Source: Alphaproteobacteria bacterium (lineage in GTDB: Bacteria > Pseudomonadota > Alphaproteobacteria > UBA9219). Taken from it: a DNA stretch of 64,000 nucleotides. Location: positions 21,638 to 85,637 of the forward strand of contig JAFALY010000038.1 in assembly GCA_019233975.1 (NCBI GenBank), written 5' to 3'. A model generated the notes under the pieces. The model had not been told where the DNA came from. It saw only the letters and a program-made list of their open reading frames with translations, and ran no database searches. This document shows, piece by piece, positions 1-13,818 of this stretch; position 1 is the stretch's first letter, and every line of letters starts with the position of its first letter. Made by a program: the position numbers and the translations under genes.

Positions 1-110
1 GACTGCGGACTTCCAAGGCTGGGTAGCCCGAATAATTTGCCCAGAAAATGCCATAGGCATAAAGATCGATACACGACAAAGAAGAAACAACAACAGTCGG
101 GAATATCCCA

Positions 111-689
111 ATGCAACTTTCCGTTAAAGGCAAGCAAATCGACGTCGGTGACGCCTTACGCCAGCATGTAGAAAACCAATTGCAGGAAGTGATCGGCAAG
201 TACTTCAGCGGTTCGCTGGACGCGCAGGTTACTTTTTCGCGCGAAGCGCACCTGTTCCGCTCCGACATCACCGTGCATGCGGGCCGCGGCATAACTCTGC
301 AGGCGAACGCCAGTGCAACGGAACCCTATCCCGCCTTTGACAACGCGGCCAACCGCATCGCCAGTCGCCTGCGCCGTTACAAGAAGAAGATTGTCGACCA
401 TCACCACGAGCAGCAACGCAGCGAAGCCGCACAAATTGCCAGCAGCTTTATCCTGCAGGGCGCCGAGGCAACACAGGAAGAAGAAGCCAATGACAACCCC
501 GTTGTCGTTGCCGAAATGACGACCCCGATTGAAACCCTGACGGTCAGTGAAGCCGTGATGCGTCTGGATCTGGGTGACCTAACGGCCTTGATGTTCCGCA
601 ACCGTGCACACGGTGGGTTGAACATGATCTATCGCCGCAATGACGGCCATATTGGTTGGGTCGACCCCGACCAGGGTAAAAAGGCCTGA
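111..689 (+). CDS. hpf: Ribosome hibernation promoting factor, long HPF/RaiA family
   Basis: N-terminal MQLSVKGKQIDVGDALR RaiA domain; C-terminal 'LTVSEAVMRLDL..FRN...LNMIYRRNDGHIGWVDP' domain; upstream of ptsN. Confidence 0.95.
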   Translation: MQLSVKGKQIDVGDALRQHVENQLQEVIGKYFSGSLDAQVTFSREAHLFRSDITVHAGRGITLQANASATEPYPAFDNAANRIASRLRRYKKKIVDHHHEQQRSEAAQIASSFILQGAEATQEEEANDNPVVVAEMTTPIETLTVSEAVMRLDLGDLTALMFRNRAHGGLNMIYRRNDGHIGWVDPDQGKKA

Positions 690-704
690 GGCGGGATTAG
701 TAAC

Positions 705-1187
705 ATGACTGATACAAAAGCCATTATGCACGCCCTGCTGCCTGCGCAATCCGTTCTCATTGATGTTGAAGCCGAGAGCAAGAAAGACCTTCTGCAATCC
801 GTCGCCCAAGTGGCATCGGGACAATCCGGCCTCGACTCCCACGTCATTTTCGACGTCCTTTGGGAACGCGAAAAACTAGGCAGCACCGGCGTCGGTTACG
901 GCATTGCCATTCCGCATGGCCGCGTGCCTGGCGTTGAAAAGGTTGTCGGCCTGTTTGCGCGCCTGAAGTCGCCGCTGGCCTATGAATCGCTGGATGAGAA
1001 ACCGGTTGATCTGGTTTTCCTGCTAATGGCTCCCGAAAATGCGGGCGCCGACCATTTGCAGGCGCTGTCCGCCGTTTCGCGTCTGTTACGCAATAAGGCT
1101 CTGTGCCAGAATTTGCGTACGGCCAAGGATGCCGAAAGCATCTATCGCTTCCTGACGGAAACCGAACCCGACGAACAGGCCGCCTAA
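705..1187 (+). CDS. ptsN: PTS IIA-like nitrogen regulatory protein
   Basis: EREKLGSTGVGYGIAIPH phospho-His motif; hpf-ptsN synteny. Confidence 0.93.
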   Translation: MTDTKAIMHALLPAQSVLIDVEAESKKDLLQSVAQVASGQSGLDSHVIFDVLWEREKLGSTGVGYGIAIPHGRVPGVEKVVGLFARLKSPLAYESLDEKPVDLVFLLMAPENAGADHLQALSAVSRLLRNKALCQNLRTAKDAESIYRFLTETEPDEQAA

Positions 1188-1197
1188 AATCTGAAAC

Positions 1198-1962
1198 TCA
1201 AGGACAAGCGGGCGCATCAAGTGCTGATGCTGCCTGTGCGTCCAGCAGTAGCGCCACATTGTCGTGCCCGCGCAAGGCCGTGGCAGGGCATGCAGGAGAT
1301 ACGGACGCGGACATTAGCTTACAGATCGCCTCACGCTTCGCTTCGCCAAAAGCCAGCAGCAAAATCCGTCGCGCCCGTAAAATGGACGCGATACCCATGG
1401 TGAGGGCGGATGTCGGCACGGCATCAAGATTATCAAAGAAACGCGCGTTGTCTTTGCGCGTTTTGTCCGCCAACGTCACGATGTTCGTGTCGCCATTCAG
1501 ATCAGCGCCGGGTTCGTTGAATCCGATATGCCCGTTGACGCCAATCCCCAGTATCTGCAGGTCAACCGGACCATATTCCCGCAACAACGCTTCGTAACGC
1601 CGGCATTCAGCCTGTAAATCTGCGGCCATGCCATTGGGTATAAACGTGCGATCTGGCATCGCGTTGATATGGTCAAACAGATGCTCGCGCATAAAACGAT
1701 GAAACGACGCCACATGTTCACGCGGCAGGCCGACATATTCATCAAGATTGAAAAAGGTCGCGCGTGAGAAATCGAGCCCATCTTCGCGGTGCATGCGCAC
1801 CAACTCGGCATACAGGCCGATTGGCGTCGATCCAGTCGCCAGCCCCAGTACGGCATTCGGCTTGGCTCGCAGTAGTTCGGCAATAAGCTTCGCGGCGGCT
1901 ATGCCCGCCTCATGCGCTTCATGAAATACAGCAACCGCAGGTTTATGTTCATAAACAGACAT
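1198..1962 (-). CDS. nagB: Glucosamine-6-phosphate deaminase
   Basis: LGLATGSTP, FNLDEYVGL and GIGVNGHIGFNEPG motifs. Confidence 0.93.
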   Translation of the reverse strand: MSVYEHKPAVAVFHEAHEAGIAAAKLIAELLRAKPNAVLGLATGSTPIGLYAELVRMHREDGLDFSRATFFNLDEYVGLPREHVASFHRFMREHLFDHINAMPDRTFIPNGMAADLQAECRRYEALLREYGPVDLQILGIGVNGHIGFNEPGADLNGDTNIVTLADKTRKDNARFFDNLDAVPTSALTMGIASILRARRILLLAFGEAKREAICKLMSASVSPACPATALRGHDNVALLLDAQAASALDAPACP

Positions 1963-1995
1963 GGGTTATCCCTAACATGGCGCACCAGCATCCCC

Positions 1996-2028
1996 AAAGA
2001 AAAAGGGGAAAGCCACAGCCTTCCCCTT
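1996..2028 (-). terminator. Rho-independent terminator after sucD
   Basis: Minus strand AAGGGGAAGGC-TGTG-GCTTTCCCCTT hairpin followed by TTTCTTT. Confidence 0.75.
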
Positions 2029-2060
2029 CATTCGTTGTCGTGCACTGCAACAGAGGCGGC

Positions 2061-2936
2061 TTAGGCAGCCATCGCCTTTTGCATGGTGGTGCCCAGCGCG
2101 GCGGGGCTGTCTGCAACCAGAATGCCAGCTGAGCGCATGGCTTCGATCTTGTCGTTGGCGGAACCCTTACCACCAGAGATGATCGCGCCCGCATGGCCCA
2201 TACGGCGACCCGGAGGAGCCGTAACGCCGGCGATAAAGCCGACCATCGGCTTCTTGCGCTTGCTGTGCTTGATGAACTCAGCGGCTTCTTCTTCAGCCGA
2301 ACCACCGATTTCACCAATCATGATGATGCCCTGCGTTTCGTCATCGGCCAGGAACATTTCAAGGCAATCGACAAAGTTCGTGCCGTTGACGGGGTCGCCG
2401 CCAATACCAATGCATGTTGTCTGACCAAGGCCTGTAGCAGTCGTTTGCGCGACAGCCTCGTATGTCAACGTGCCGGAGCGCGAAACAATCGCGATCTTGC
2501 CGCGCTTGTGAATATGGCCGGGCATGATGCCAATTTTGCATTCGCCGGGCGTGATAACGCCGGGGCAATTCGGCCCAATCAAGCGCGTCTTGGAACCCTG
2601 CAGCGCACGCTTCACCTTCACCATATCCAAAACCGGAATGCCTTCCGTGATGCAGACAACCAGCGGGATTTCGCAAGCGATCGCTTCCAGAATGGAGTCG
2701 GCCGCGAACGGCGGCGGCACATAGATGACAGAGGCATTTGCCTGCGTCTTTTCCACGGCTTCCGCAACCGTGTTGAACACGGGCAGATCCAGATGTTCAG
2801 AACCGCCCTTACCCGGCGTGACACCGCCAACCATTTTGGTGCCGTAGGCAATGGCCTGTTCGGAGTGGAACGTGCCCTGCGAACCTGTGAAACCCTGGCA
2901 TATAACGCGGGTGTTCTTGTTAACGAGTACGGACAT
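2061..2936 (-). CDS. sucD: Succinyl-CoA ligase alpha subunit
   Basis: [18 protein letters not shown] and RMGHAGA motifs. Confidence 0.98.
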   Translation of the reverse strand: MSVLVNKNTRVICQGFTGSQGTFHSEQAIAYGTKMVGGVTPGKGGSEHLDLPVFNTVAEAVEKTQANASVIYVPPPFAADSILEAIACEIPLVVCITEGIPVLDMVKVKRALQGSKTRLIGPNCPGVITPGECKIGIMPGHIHKRGKIAIVSRSGTLTYEAVAQTTATGLGQTTCIGIGGDPVNGTNFVDCLEMFLADDETQGIIMIGEIGGSAEEEAAEFIKHSKRKKPMVGFIAGVTAPPGRRMGHAGAIISGGKGSANDKIEAMRSAGILVADSPAALGTTMQKAMAA

Positions 2937-4120
2937 TAGGCAGCCTTCCTTTTCACAGCAGCAACAATCTTTTCAGCCCCATCGGCGAGGTTATCGCCCG
3001 ACAGGATGGGCAGGCCGCTTTCGGCCAAAATCTTTTTGCCCAGATCAACATTCGTGCCTTCCAGACGGACAACCAGCGGCACGTGCAATTGCACTTCCTT
3101 CGCCGCCGCGATAATGCCTTCGGCGATAATGTCGCAACGCATAATGCCGCCGAAGATATTGACGAAAATGCCCTGCACATTGCGGTCCGACAGGATGATC
3201 TTGAAAGCCGCCGTCACACGTTCCTTGGTGGCACCACCGCCAACGTCGAGGAAGTTCGCGGGCGATCCACCATACAGCTTGACGATGTCCATGGTGGCCA
3301 TAGCGAGACCAGCGCCATTCACCATGCAACCAATGTTGCCATCCAGCTTAACGTAGTTCAGGCTGTACTTGCCAGCTTCGATTTCGGCGGGATCTTCTTC
3401 CGCTTCGTCGCGCATAGCTTCGACATCCTTGTGGCGATAGAGTGCGTTGTCGTCAAACGACATTTTGCAATCCAGCGCGATAATATCATCGCCGCCTGTG
3501 ACGACCAGCGGATTGATTTCAACAATCGCGCAGTCGAGGTCGATGAAAGCACTGTACATCGCCTGCAGGAAACTGACGCACTTGCCGATCTGCTTATCCT
3601 TCAGGCCAAGGCCGAAGGCAATCTGGCGCGCATGATAGGGTTGCAGGCCCGTGACCGGGTCAATGGCAACCTTGATGATTTTTTCAGGCGTCTTGGCAGC
3701 CACTTCTTCGATTTCCATGCCGCCTTCGGTTGAGGCCATGATGGTCACGCGGCTGGTCGCGCGGTCGATCAACAAACCAAGATACAGTTCGCGCTTGATG
3801 TCGCAACCTTCTTCGACATAAATACGTTGAACCTTCTGACCGGCGGGGCCCGTCTGGTGCGTTACCAGTTGCATGCCCAGCATGCGCTTGGCTTCGGATT
3901 CCACGGTGTCCATGGTTTTCACGACCTTGACGCCACCACCCTTGCCGCGACCGCCAGCATGGATCTGAGCCTTGACGACCCAAACCGGCTCCTTGAGATC
4001 GAGCGCCAATGCTTTGGCGACATCAATGGCTTCGGCCGGAGTAAAGGCCACGCCACCGCGCGGAACGGTCACGCCGTATTTCTTCAGAAGGCTTTTGGCC
4101 TGATACTCATGGATATTCAT
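2936..4120 (-). CDS. sucC: Succinyl-CoA ligase beta subunit
   Basis: MNIHEYQAK start (ATG at 4120 rather than the ORF-track start), [22 protein letters not shown]. Confidence 0.97.
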   Translation of the reverse strand: MNIHEYQAKSLLKKYGVTVPRGGVAFTPAEAIDVAKALALDLKEPVWVVKAQIHAGGRGKGGGVKVVKTMDTVESEAKRMLGMQLVTHQTGPAGQKVQRIYVEEGCDIKRELYLGLLIDRATSRVTIMASTEGGMEIEEVAAKTPEKIIKVAIDPVTGLQPYHARQIAFGLGLKDKQIGKCVSFLQAMYSAFIDLDCAIVEINPLVVTGGDDIIALDCKMSFDDNALYRHKDVEAMRDEAEEDPAEIEAGKYSLNYVKLDGNIGCMVNGAGLAMATMDIVKLYGGSPANFLDVGGGATKERVTAAFKIILSDRNVQGIFVNIFGGIMRCDIIAEGIIAAAKEVQLHVPLVVRLEGTNVDLGKKILAESGLPILSGDNLADGAEKIVAAVKRKAA

Positions 4121-4266
4121 CGAGAACGAACCTCTCTTATGCCGGTTAGGAAAGAAGCAGCGCCAAGACGGCAAACTGCAGGCACTCATGTCAGGCATGG
4201 ATTACTGCGATTTCGCAATCGCAGCAAGCATATTTTTGCCTTAAAAATAAAAGGCTTAGACTTCCT

Positions 4267-4944
4267 TTACGCCGCCGTCGATTCCGCCATTGCGCAGCCT
4301 TTGTCGCCATGAACCTCGCTTAGGAAATCCCATAGGGTCTGCGCCGCCTTACGGGCGGCCATAAGGGCTTCTACCTGTCGGTCGGCGGGAATGGCGTCGA
4401 TCAGTTTTTCACAAGTCGCCGAATGATACACATCCGCCGTTTCATGAACCTTGAAGAAAGCCAAAGCCTCCGGCGTTTCAATACCGTAAAAGGACTTCAG
4501 GCCTTCGATCTTGGTTTTGGAGATTTCGGGCGTCTGATACTCGTAGGCGTAAAGGGCGCACAGGCCGCCTTCGTAAGACGAACGGCAGACATCCAGATAG
4601 GTGTCACGTGCCGCCAGTGCCGCCTGACCAAACTGCTGTGCCTTGTGCGAGCCCAGCCCATCCATGAAATCCTGCCACAACTGCGGATGCGGGGCCGAAC
4701 GTCCTGTCGTGCCTTCTTCATCCATCAGATTTTCAAGGATCATCGTGCGCGCTTCAGCGTTATCGCAACGACTATGCAGGCCGCTCACATAACGTGGGAA
4801 AGCTTCCACAAACGGCTGGTACTGTGCGGCATAATGCTGCAATTCCTGCTGCGATAATTCGCCGCGTGTCCATGCCTGGTAAAAGGGGTGAGACAGAAGA
4901 TGCAGATCAGCGATAGTTGCCTTTAACTGTTCAGAAAACGTCAT
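4267..4944 (-). CDS. CADD-family (CT610/PqqC-like) dimetal oxidase, putative pABA synthase
   Basis: HLLSHPFYQAWTRGEL, HSRCD, ENLMDEE, HPQLW, ALYAYEYQ..SKTKIEGL and HETADVYH match the CADD pattern. Confidence 0.85.
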   Translation of the reverse strand: MTFSEQLKATIADLHLLSHPFYQAWTRGELSQQELQHYAAQYQPFVEAFPRYVSGLHSRCDNAEARTMILENLMDEEGTTGRSAPHPQLWQDFMDGLGSHKAQQFGQAALAARDTYLDVCRSSYEGGLCALYAYEYQTPEISKTKIEGLKSFYGIETPEALAFFKVHETADVYHSATCEKLIDAIPADRQVEALMAARKAAQTLWDFLSEVHGDKGCAMAESTAA

Positions 4945-4985
4945 GTCATACCCCTTTTCAGTTTGTGGTTATTGCCTCACTTAAT

Positions 4986-5957
<972 letters not shown>

Positions 5958-6124
5958 CTAAAGTAAGAAAGTACGGGCGAATCCCGAAAAGATTGGATGA
6001 ATTTTGATTACGCCTGAACAGCTTCAGGCGCAAGCCCGTTCCTGTTCACGCCCCGTTCACGCTTGCCCTGACCGTCTATCCCTGTTAGCCATTGATGATC
6101 CTCATTTATTAATGGAATCGTATC

Positions 6125-6877
6125 ATGGCATCGCAGCAGAGCACCGCCGCCACTCAAGATAACAGCCTTCCCATGTTTTACACAGCGCCACGCCCACTCG
6201 ATCGTGTGCGTGATTTGGACACCAAGCTGTCACGCCCCAACGGTTTCGGCTTTGCGCGCAACACGAATGCCATCCCCCTGCTGATTGACGAATTTCCCGC
6301 CGCCTGCGTCCATTATCCCATCGTCTTTGCCGCAGGACCGGCCCCCATTCCGACCGCCGTCGTTGGCCTGAAGAACAACGAGAACCTGTTGGTGAACAGC
6401 AAGGGTGAATGGCTGAACGGTACCTATCTACCGGCCTATGTGCGCCGCTATCCCTTCATTCTGATGGATGACCCGGTGCAGCAGCAATTTGTTTTGTGCA
6501 TCGACGAAGGCAGCGGCCTGTTCGGCAAGCAGGGTGAATTTCCCCTGTTTGAAAATGGTGAACCTTCGGCTTTCACCAAAAACGCGGTGGAGTTTTGCTC
6601 CACCCTGCGTGCGCAAGGTGAAAACACGGACCAGTTCATCAAAGCCCTGCAGCAGCATGATCTGCTGATGCAAAACGATGCGCAAGTCGATCTGGGTAAC
6701 GGCAACAAGATCCAGCTTTCTGGCTTTCTCGTCATCAATCCGCAAAAATTTGATGCCCTGCCTGATGATGTCGTGCTGGACTGGCGCCGTCGCGGCTGGT
6801 TAGGACTTATCTACGCGCACTTCATCTCGTCCCATCGCTGGCAAGGCCTTGTGAACCTGCTACATAGCCCCACATGA
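6125..6877 (+). CDS. SapC family protein
   Basis: EF...YPIVF, YLPAYVRRYPF and 'GWLGLIYAHFIS' are typical of SapC. Confidence 0.8.
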   Translation: MASQQSTAATQDNSLPMFYTAPRPLDRVRDLDTKLSRPNGFGFARNTNAIPLLIDEFPAACVHYPIVFAAGPAPIPTAVVGLKNNENLLVNSKGEWLNGTYLPAYVRRYPFILMDDPVQQQFVLCIDEGSGLFGKQGEFPLFENGEPSAFTKNAVEFCSTLRAQGENTDQFIKALQQHDLLMQNDAQVDLGNGNKIQLSGFLVINPQKFDALPDDVVLDWRRRGWLGLIYAHFISSHRWQGLVNLLHSPT

Positions 6878-8700
6878 TGAAAAACATTGTACGCGCTCTG
6901 GGCTTGATCATCGCGCTGACGGCAACGCCGGTATTCGCGCAAACAGCGCAACATGGATTGGCCCTGCATGGCACACCGAGATATCCCGCTGACTTTCAGC
7001 ATTTTGATTATGTCAATCCGAATGCTCCAAAGGGCGGTGATATCCACCTGTCTGCCCTTGGCACCTATGACACATTGAACCCCTTTACCTTAAAGGGGTT
7101 GGCGGCGGATGGGGCAGCGTTGCAATTCGAAACGCTGATGGCAGCGTCGATGGATGAACCGATGAGCCAGTATGGCTGGATCGCCGAAAGTGTGACGGTC
7201 GCGCCGGATCACAGTTGGGTTTCTTACAAAATCCGCCCAACTGCGCGTTTTCATGACGGCAGCCCAATTACCGCCGATGATGTGATCTTTTCCTTTGAAA
7301 CACTGCGTGATAAGGGGCACCCCTTCTATCGCAGTTATTACAAAGACGTCGTGAAAGCGGAAAAGCTGGGTGAACGCGAAGTAAAATTTACATTCCGCGA
7401 CACAACGAACACCGAATTGCCGCTCATCATGGGCCAGTTGCCTGTTCTGTGCAAAAAATTCTGGCAGGGCAAGGATTTCGCCGCAACGACTTTGGATCCC
7501 GTCATGGGCAGCGGCCCATATGAAGTAGACAGCATGACGCCGGGACGCACCATTTCCTATAAACGCGTCAAGGATTGGTGGGCGAAAGACCTGCCCATCA
7601 ACCGTGGGCGCTACAATTTCGATGTCATGCGCTTTGATTATTACCGCGACACAACAGTATCGCTTGAAGCGTTTTTGCGCGGCAGCTACGACTTCCGCCT
7701 AGAAAATGTCGCCAAGAACTGGGCGCTCGGTTACGACACGGATGCCGTACGCAACGGCAACATCGTCAAAGACACAATAACCAACCAACTGCCTGCCGGC
7801 ATGCAGGGGTTTGTTTTCAATATGCGGCGCGATCTTTTCAAAGACCGCCGCGTGCGTGAGGCGCTGAATTACGCGTTTGACTTCGAATGGTCTAACAAGA
7901 ACTTCGCCTATAACGCCTATACACGCACACAAAGCTATTTTGAAAACTCTGAACTTGCGGCACGCGGAATGCCCAGCGCGGATGAGCTAAAACTGCTGGA
8001 ACCCTATCGCAACCAGCTCCCGCCTGAATTGTTTACCGAGCCCTTCAAGCTGCCCACGACGGATGGCAGCGGCGACAACCGCGATAATATGCGCAAAGCC
8101 GCTGAGCTGCTGCGCGAGGCCGGATGGACGCTTAAGAACGGTGTTTTGGTTGATGCGAACGGCAAACCGTTGACGTTTGAAATTATAGACGCGGAGCCCA
8201 TGTTTGAACGCTGGACACAGCCCCTGCTCCGCAATCTTGAACGTCTGGGCATTAAGGCGACATTCCGCATTGTTGATGCCGCACAGTTCCAGAACCGCAT
8301 GGACAATTTTGATTTTGACGTCACGGTTTCGGTTTTCTCGCAATCCCTGTCGCCGGGGAACGAGCAGTTTGATTACTGGTCCTCTACCAAAGCCGATGTG
8401 CATGGCAGCCGCAACCTGATTGGCGTACACGATCCCGTTGTAGATGCATTGCTGGAGAAACTGGTACATGCGACATCACGCGAAGATCTGGTGACCGCCT
8501 GTCACGCGCTCGACCGCGTTTTGCTATGGCAATATTACGTGATCCCGCACTGGCATATCGATTCATTTCGTATTGCCTATTGGAACCGATTTGGCCAACC
8601 CGCCACGCACCCGCCCTATGGCTTGGCCGTTGACGACACCTGGTGGGTTGATACCGCCAAGGCCGCCAAACTTGACGCCCAACACGCACGTGGACAATGA
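6874..8700 (+). CDS. yejA: ABC transporter peptide-binding protein, YejA-like (SBP family 5)
   Basis: Signal peptide; FQHFDYVNPNAPKGG; ARFHDGSPITADDVIFSF; ALDRVLLWQYYVIPHW. Confidence 0.85.
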   Translation: MMKNIVRALGLIIALTATPVFAQTAQHGLALHGTPRYPADFQHFDYVNPNAPKGGDIHLSALGTYDTLNPFTLKGLAADGAALQFETLMAASMDEPMSQYGWIAESVTVAPDHSWVSYKIRPTARFHDGSPITADDVIFSFETLRDKGHPFYRSYYKDVVKAEKLGEREVKFTFRDTTNTELPLIMGQLPVLCKKFWQGKDFAATTLDPVMGSGPYEVDSMTPGRTISYKRVKDWWAKDLPINRGRYNFDVMRFDYYRDTTVSLEAFLRGSYDFRLENVAKNWALGYDTDAVRNGNIVKDTITNQLPAGMQGFVFNMRRDLFKDRRVREALNYAFDFEWSNKNFAYNAYTRTQSYFENSELAARGMPSADELKLLEPYRNQLPPELFTEPFKLPTTDGSGDNRDNMRKAAELLREAGWTLKNGVLVDANGKPLTFEIIDAEPMFERWTQPLLRNLERLGIKATFRIVDAAQFQNRMDNFDFDVTVSVFSQSLSPGNEQFDYWSSTKADVHGSRNLIGVHDPVVDALLEKLVHATSREDLVTACHALDRVLLWQYYVIPHWHIDSFRIAYWNRFGQPATHPPYGLAVDDTWWVDTAKAAKLDAQHARGQ

Positions 8701-10592
8701 AACTTGATCTTACCGCGATAAAACACAACACCGTCAATTGTATTGATCAATTCAGAACATGGCTTTGTGCGCCCCCCTATGAAGGCGTGCCGTGGATGTG
8801 CTGGCTTTATGTCCTGTTTTGCGGCCTGTATGCCGGTGGTGCGCCGTTTCATGGACAGTTGGCATGGTTTGATGACAATGTGCGCATGGTCCAGATACTG
8901 GAATGGATTAACGGCGTTCATGGCTGGTACGACCACGTCCTGATGCGCGTCAATGCGCCCGAGGGTTTCCACACCATTTGGTCGCGTGTTGTCGATGCCC
9001 CGATTGCCGCCGTGATTATCGCCTTTCAGGGGCTTGTCGGTCAGCGGCAAGCGATTGTGGTCGCCGTCACATTGATACCCATGCTGCAAACGCTGATGCT
9101 GTTTTTCGCAGCTCCCTATTTCGCCGCACCGCTCATCGGGCGCGATAAAGCGCAACTGGTCAATCTGTTCGTTCTCTTTACGCAATGCCTGAACCCCGAT
9201 TATTTCACTTTGTCGGGATTTGAAATGGGCGCGGTCAGCCACCACACCTGGTATATCCTCTTAGGGCTAACGCTGCTGGGCAGCGCCATACGGTTGCTGA
9301 CTGAACCCGGCCGCAAGACAACAGCCATTTTTGTTGCGAGTAACGTAACGCTTCTGCTTGTGGGAATTGAAGCATTTCCGCTTCTGGCACTGGCTGCGTT
9401 CCTTCTGGCGGTCATTACGTGGCAAAGACAGGATGCGATGCTGGCGCGCGCGTCAGCCGTGGCGTTCGGGCTTGTTGCCATTATTACGGCCATCGACCAG
9501 CCCATCAACCACCCACCCGCAGAATGGCTGAATGTCTCGTTCTCTGAACCGTCCATTTTTGGTGCGATCATCACCGCCTGTGCTGCCGTATTTTTTCTGC
9601 TGACGGAACAGATCGTCAAGCGGAAACCCGGCAGCCGCCAATGCTTCGTTATGATGACCCTTCTTGCGGCGGCCATGGGCGGTGCCCTGATCGCCCTGTT
9701 CCCTGAACTGTTAAACGGTGCGGCGGCAGGATTGACACCAGAGGAACGCATGCTGGCCCACCGCGAGCACACAGAAGCGGTCGGCCTCTATGCCGTTGCC
9801 ATCAACACGGTTGATTATGTGCGCCTGATCATGCCGTCGGTTATTGCCTTTATCTGGATGCGGCATCTGGTCCGCAACAGGAAAGGCGCCGAAGAACGCC
9901 CTATCTACATATACTTTTACGGGTTGGTGATTATCACATTCATCTACGCGTCCATTTTCTCACGCCTGGTTTTCTATATGGCGCTAAGCGACAGCGTCGT
10001 TCTGATGCATCTCTGGCTGCATACTGCGGCCAAGATGAAAGACGACCAGAATGCGAGCCTGAAGAAGTTTTTACTGTATGTTTTTTTAGGGCCGCTGTGG
10101 ATGTTGATTGTCCCCGCCGCGAATTACAACAGCGGCTTTGGCGACAAGGTTCTGATGTTCCCCGCCAAAAAGCAATTCGGCAAACAAACCTGTGACATGA
10201 CCGGTATCGCCGAATATCTGCATTTCCATTACAGCAACGACAAAACGATTATGGTGCAGATGTACACGTCGGATAAGTTTCTGTATTGGACAGACCTGAA
10301 AGTCTATTTTCTGGCGAATTTTCCATCCCAGAACAAATTCATCAATGCACGACGGTTTTACATGACAAAAGACGCCGATATAGCGCACACGATTGCGACC
10401 GAAGGCCATGTAGATTTGGTCGCGGTCTGTCAGGATGACGTCAAACTGGGCGCTGATACGGCCTTTGCAAACAGCCTGCTACACAACAAGACATTTGAAC
10501 AACAACTGACGACAGGCGAAATACCGTCATGGCTGAAGCCAGTGCGAATGCAAATGGCTTCGCCCTATTTACTGTTTGAAGTTGTGAAGTAA
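8697..10592 (+). CDS. Polytopic membrane protein, probable GT-C-fold (STT3/AglB-like) glycosyltransferase
   Basis: About a dozen hydrophobic segments; early DD-x-x-R loop (WFDDNVRM), WSRVVD, SHH, EHTEA; soluble C-terminal domain. Confidence 0.55.
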   Translation: MKLDLTAIKHNTVNCIDQFRTWLCAPPYEGVPWMCWLYVLFCGLYAGGAPFHGQLAWFDDNVRMVQILEWINGVHGWYDHVLMRVNAPEGFHTIWSRVVDAPIAAVIIAFQGLVGQRQAIVVAVTLIPMLQTLMLFFAAPYFAAPLIGRDKAQLVNLFVLFTQCLNPDYFTLSGFEMGAVSHHTWYILLGLTLLGSAIRLLTEPGRKTTAIFVASNVTLLLVGIEAFPLLALAAFLLAVITWQRQDAMLARASAVAFGLVAIITAIDQPINHPPAEWLNVSFSEPSIFGAIITACAAVFFLLTEQIVKRKPGSRQCFVMMTLLAAAMGGALIALFPELLNGAAAGLTPEERMLAHREHTEAVGLYAVAINTVDYVRLIMPSVIAFIWMRHLVRNRKGAEERPIYIYFYGLVIITFIYASIFSRLVFYMALSDSVVLMHLWLHTAAKMKDDQNASLKKFLLYVFLGPLWMLIVPAANYNSGFGDKVLMFPAKKQFGKQTCDMTGIAEYLHFHYSNDKTIMVQMYTSDKFLYWTDLKVYFLANFPSQNKFINARRFYMTKDADIAHTIATEGHVDLVAVCQDDVKLGADTAFANSLLHNKTFEQQLTTGEIPSWLKPVRMQMASPYLLFEVVK

Positions 10593-10618
10593 CCTGCGGA
10601 AAATCAGAAGTGGAAAGA

Positions 10619-11038
10619 TTATGCCGCCGCGGCAACCTCAACACAGGCCAGCTTGACCTGTGCGGCCTCAATCGCCTTTTCAAGACGCATACGCTCGGCA
10701 TCCGACTTCGCCAAGGCGATATCGTCATGCAGCTGGGCAAGCGCCTGTACAACCGCCGCGCGATCGATGGATGAAACCGCCACGGCTTCTTCGGCCAAAA
10801 TGGCGCAACGCGTGGCGCTCACTTCCGCAAACCCCCTGGAGACAAACAACCGTTCGGAAATGGTCGTTTCATCGCTTTCGTAAACATTGATAACGCCGGG
10901 GCGCAGCGTCGTAATCATCGGTGCATGGCCAGCCAGAACGCCATAATCCCCCTCACCACCCGGCAAAGTGACCATAACGACCGGCTTGCTGAGCAGCAGC
11001 TTTTCCGGCGAAACAAGTTCCAACTGAAAGGCGGTCAT
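10619..11038 (-). CDS. atpC: ATP synthase F1 epsilon subunit
   Basis: LELVSPEK, GDYGVLAGHAP; follows atpD. Confidence 0.95.
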   Translation of the reverse strand: MTAFQLELVSPEKLLLSKPVVMVTLPGGEGDYGVLAGHAPMITTLRPGVINVYESDETTISERLFVSRGFAEVSATRCAILAEEAVAVSSIDRAAVVQALAQLHDDIALAKSDAERMRLEKAIEAAQVKLACVEVAAAA

Positions 11039-11043
11039 GTTGA

Positions 11044-13378
<2,335 letters not shown>

Positions 13379-13497
13379 GGGCCTACATGTCAAAGGGTTA
13401 AAATTGCGAGGCTTTTGTCGCCGAAACAGGCCCTTGGGTCAAGGACTAAATGTTGCGCGCCCCCTCTTTTTTTCGGCCTAAATCAGAGGGTTAGAAA

Positions 13498-13818
13498 TTA
13501 CGGATTTTTGGGCAGTTTAAAGCGCAGCCCATCCATTTGCGGGGTCAGCATAATCTGGCAGGCCAGCCTGGAAAGGCGGGTGGGGTGTGAGGCCAGCGCA
13601 AGCGTATCGCTTTCTTCAACCCGTATGGGTGGCAATTGGGCAGACCATAAAGAATCAATGATAACGTGGCAGGTGCTGCAGGCCATGGCCCCATCACACG
13701 CCCCTTCTATCTCAACACCCGCATTGCGGGCGGCAAGCATCAGGGATTGCCCTGTTTCCACGTCCAGCACGCTTTCCCGCCCCTCCCGGTCCGTGACATG
13801 TAAACGGATGGTAGTCAT
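13498..13818 (-). CDS. Adrenodoxin-type [2Fe-2S] ferredoxin
   Basis: CDGAMACSTCH...RLACQ cysteine pattern. Confidence 0.9.
   Translation of the reverse strand: MTTIRLHVTDREGRESVLDVETGQSLMLAARNAGVEIEGACDGAMACSTCHVIIDSLWSAQLPPIRVEESDTLALASHPTRLSRLACQIMLTPQMDGLRFKLPKNP

Noticed and set aside
1-110. 3' end of rpoN expected before hpf
   Set aside because: No RpoN C-terminal motif recognisable in this short stretch.
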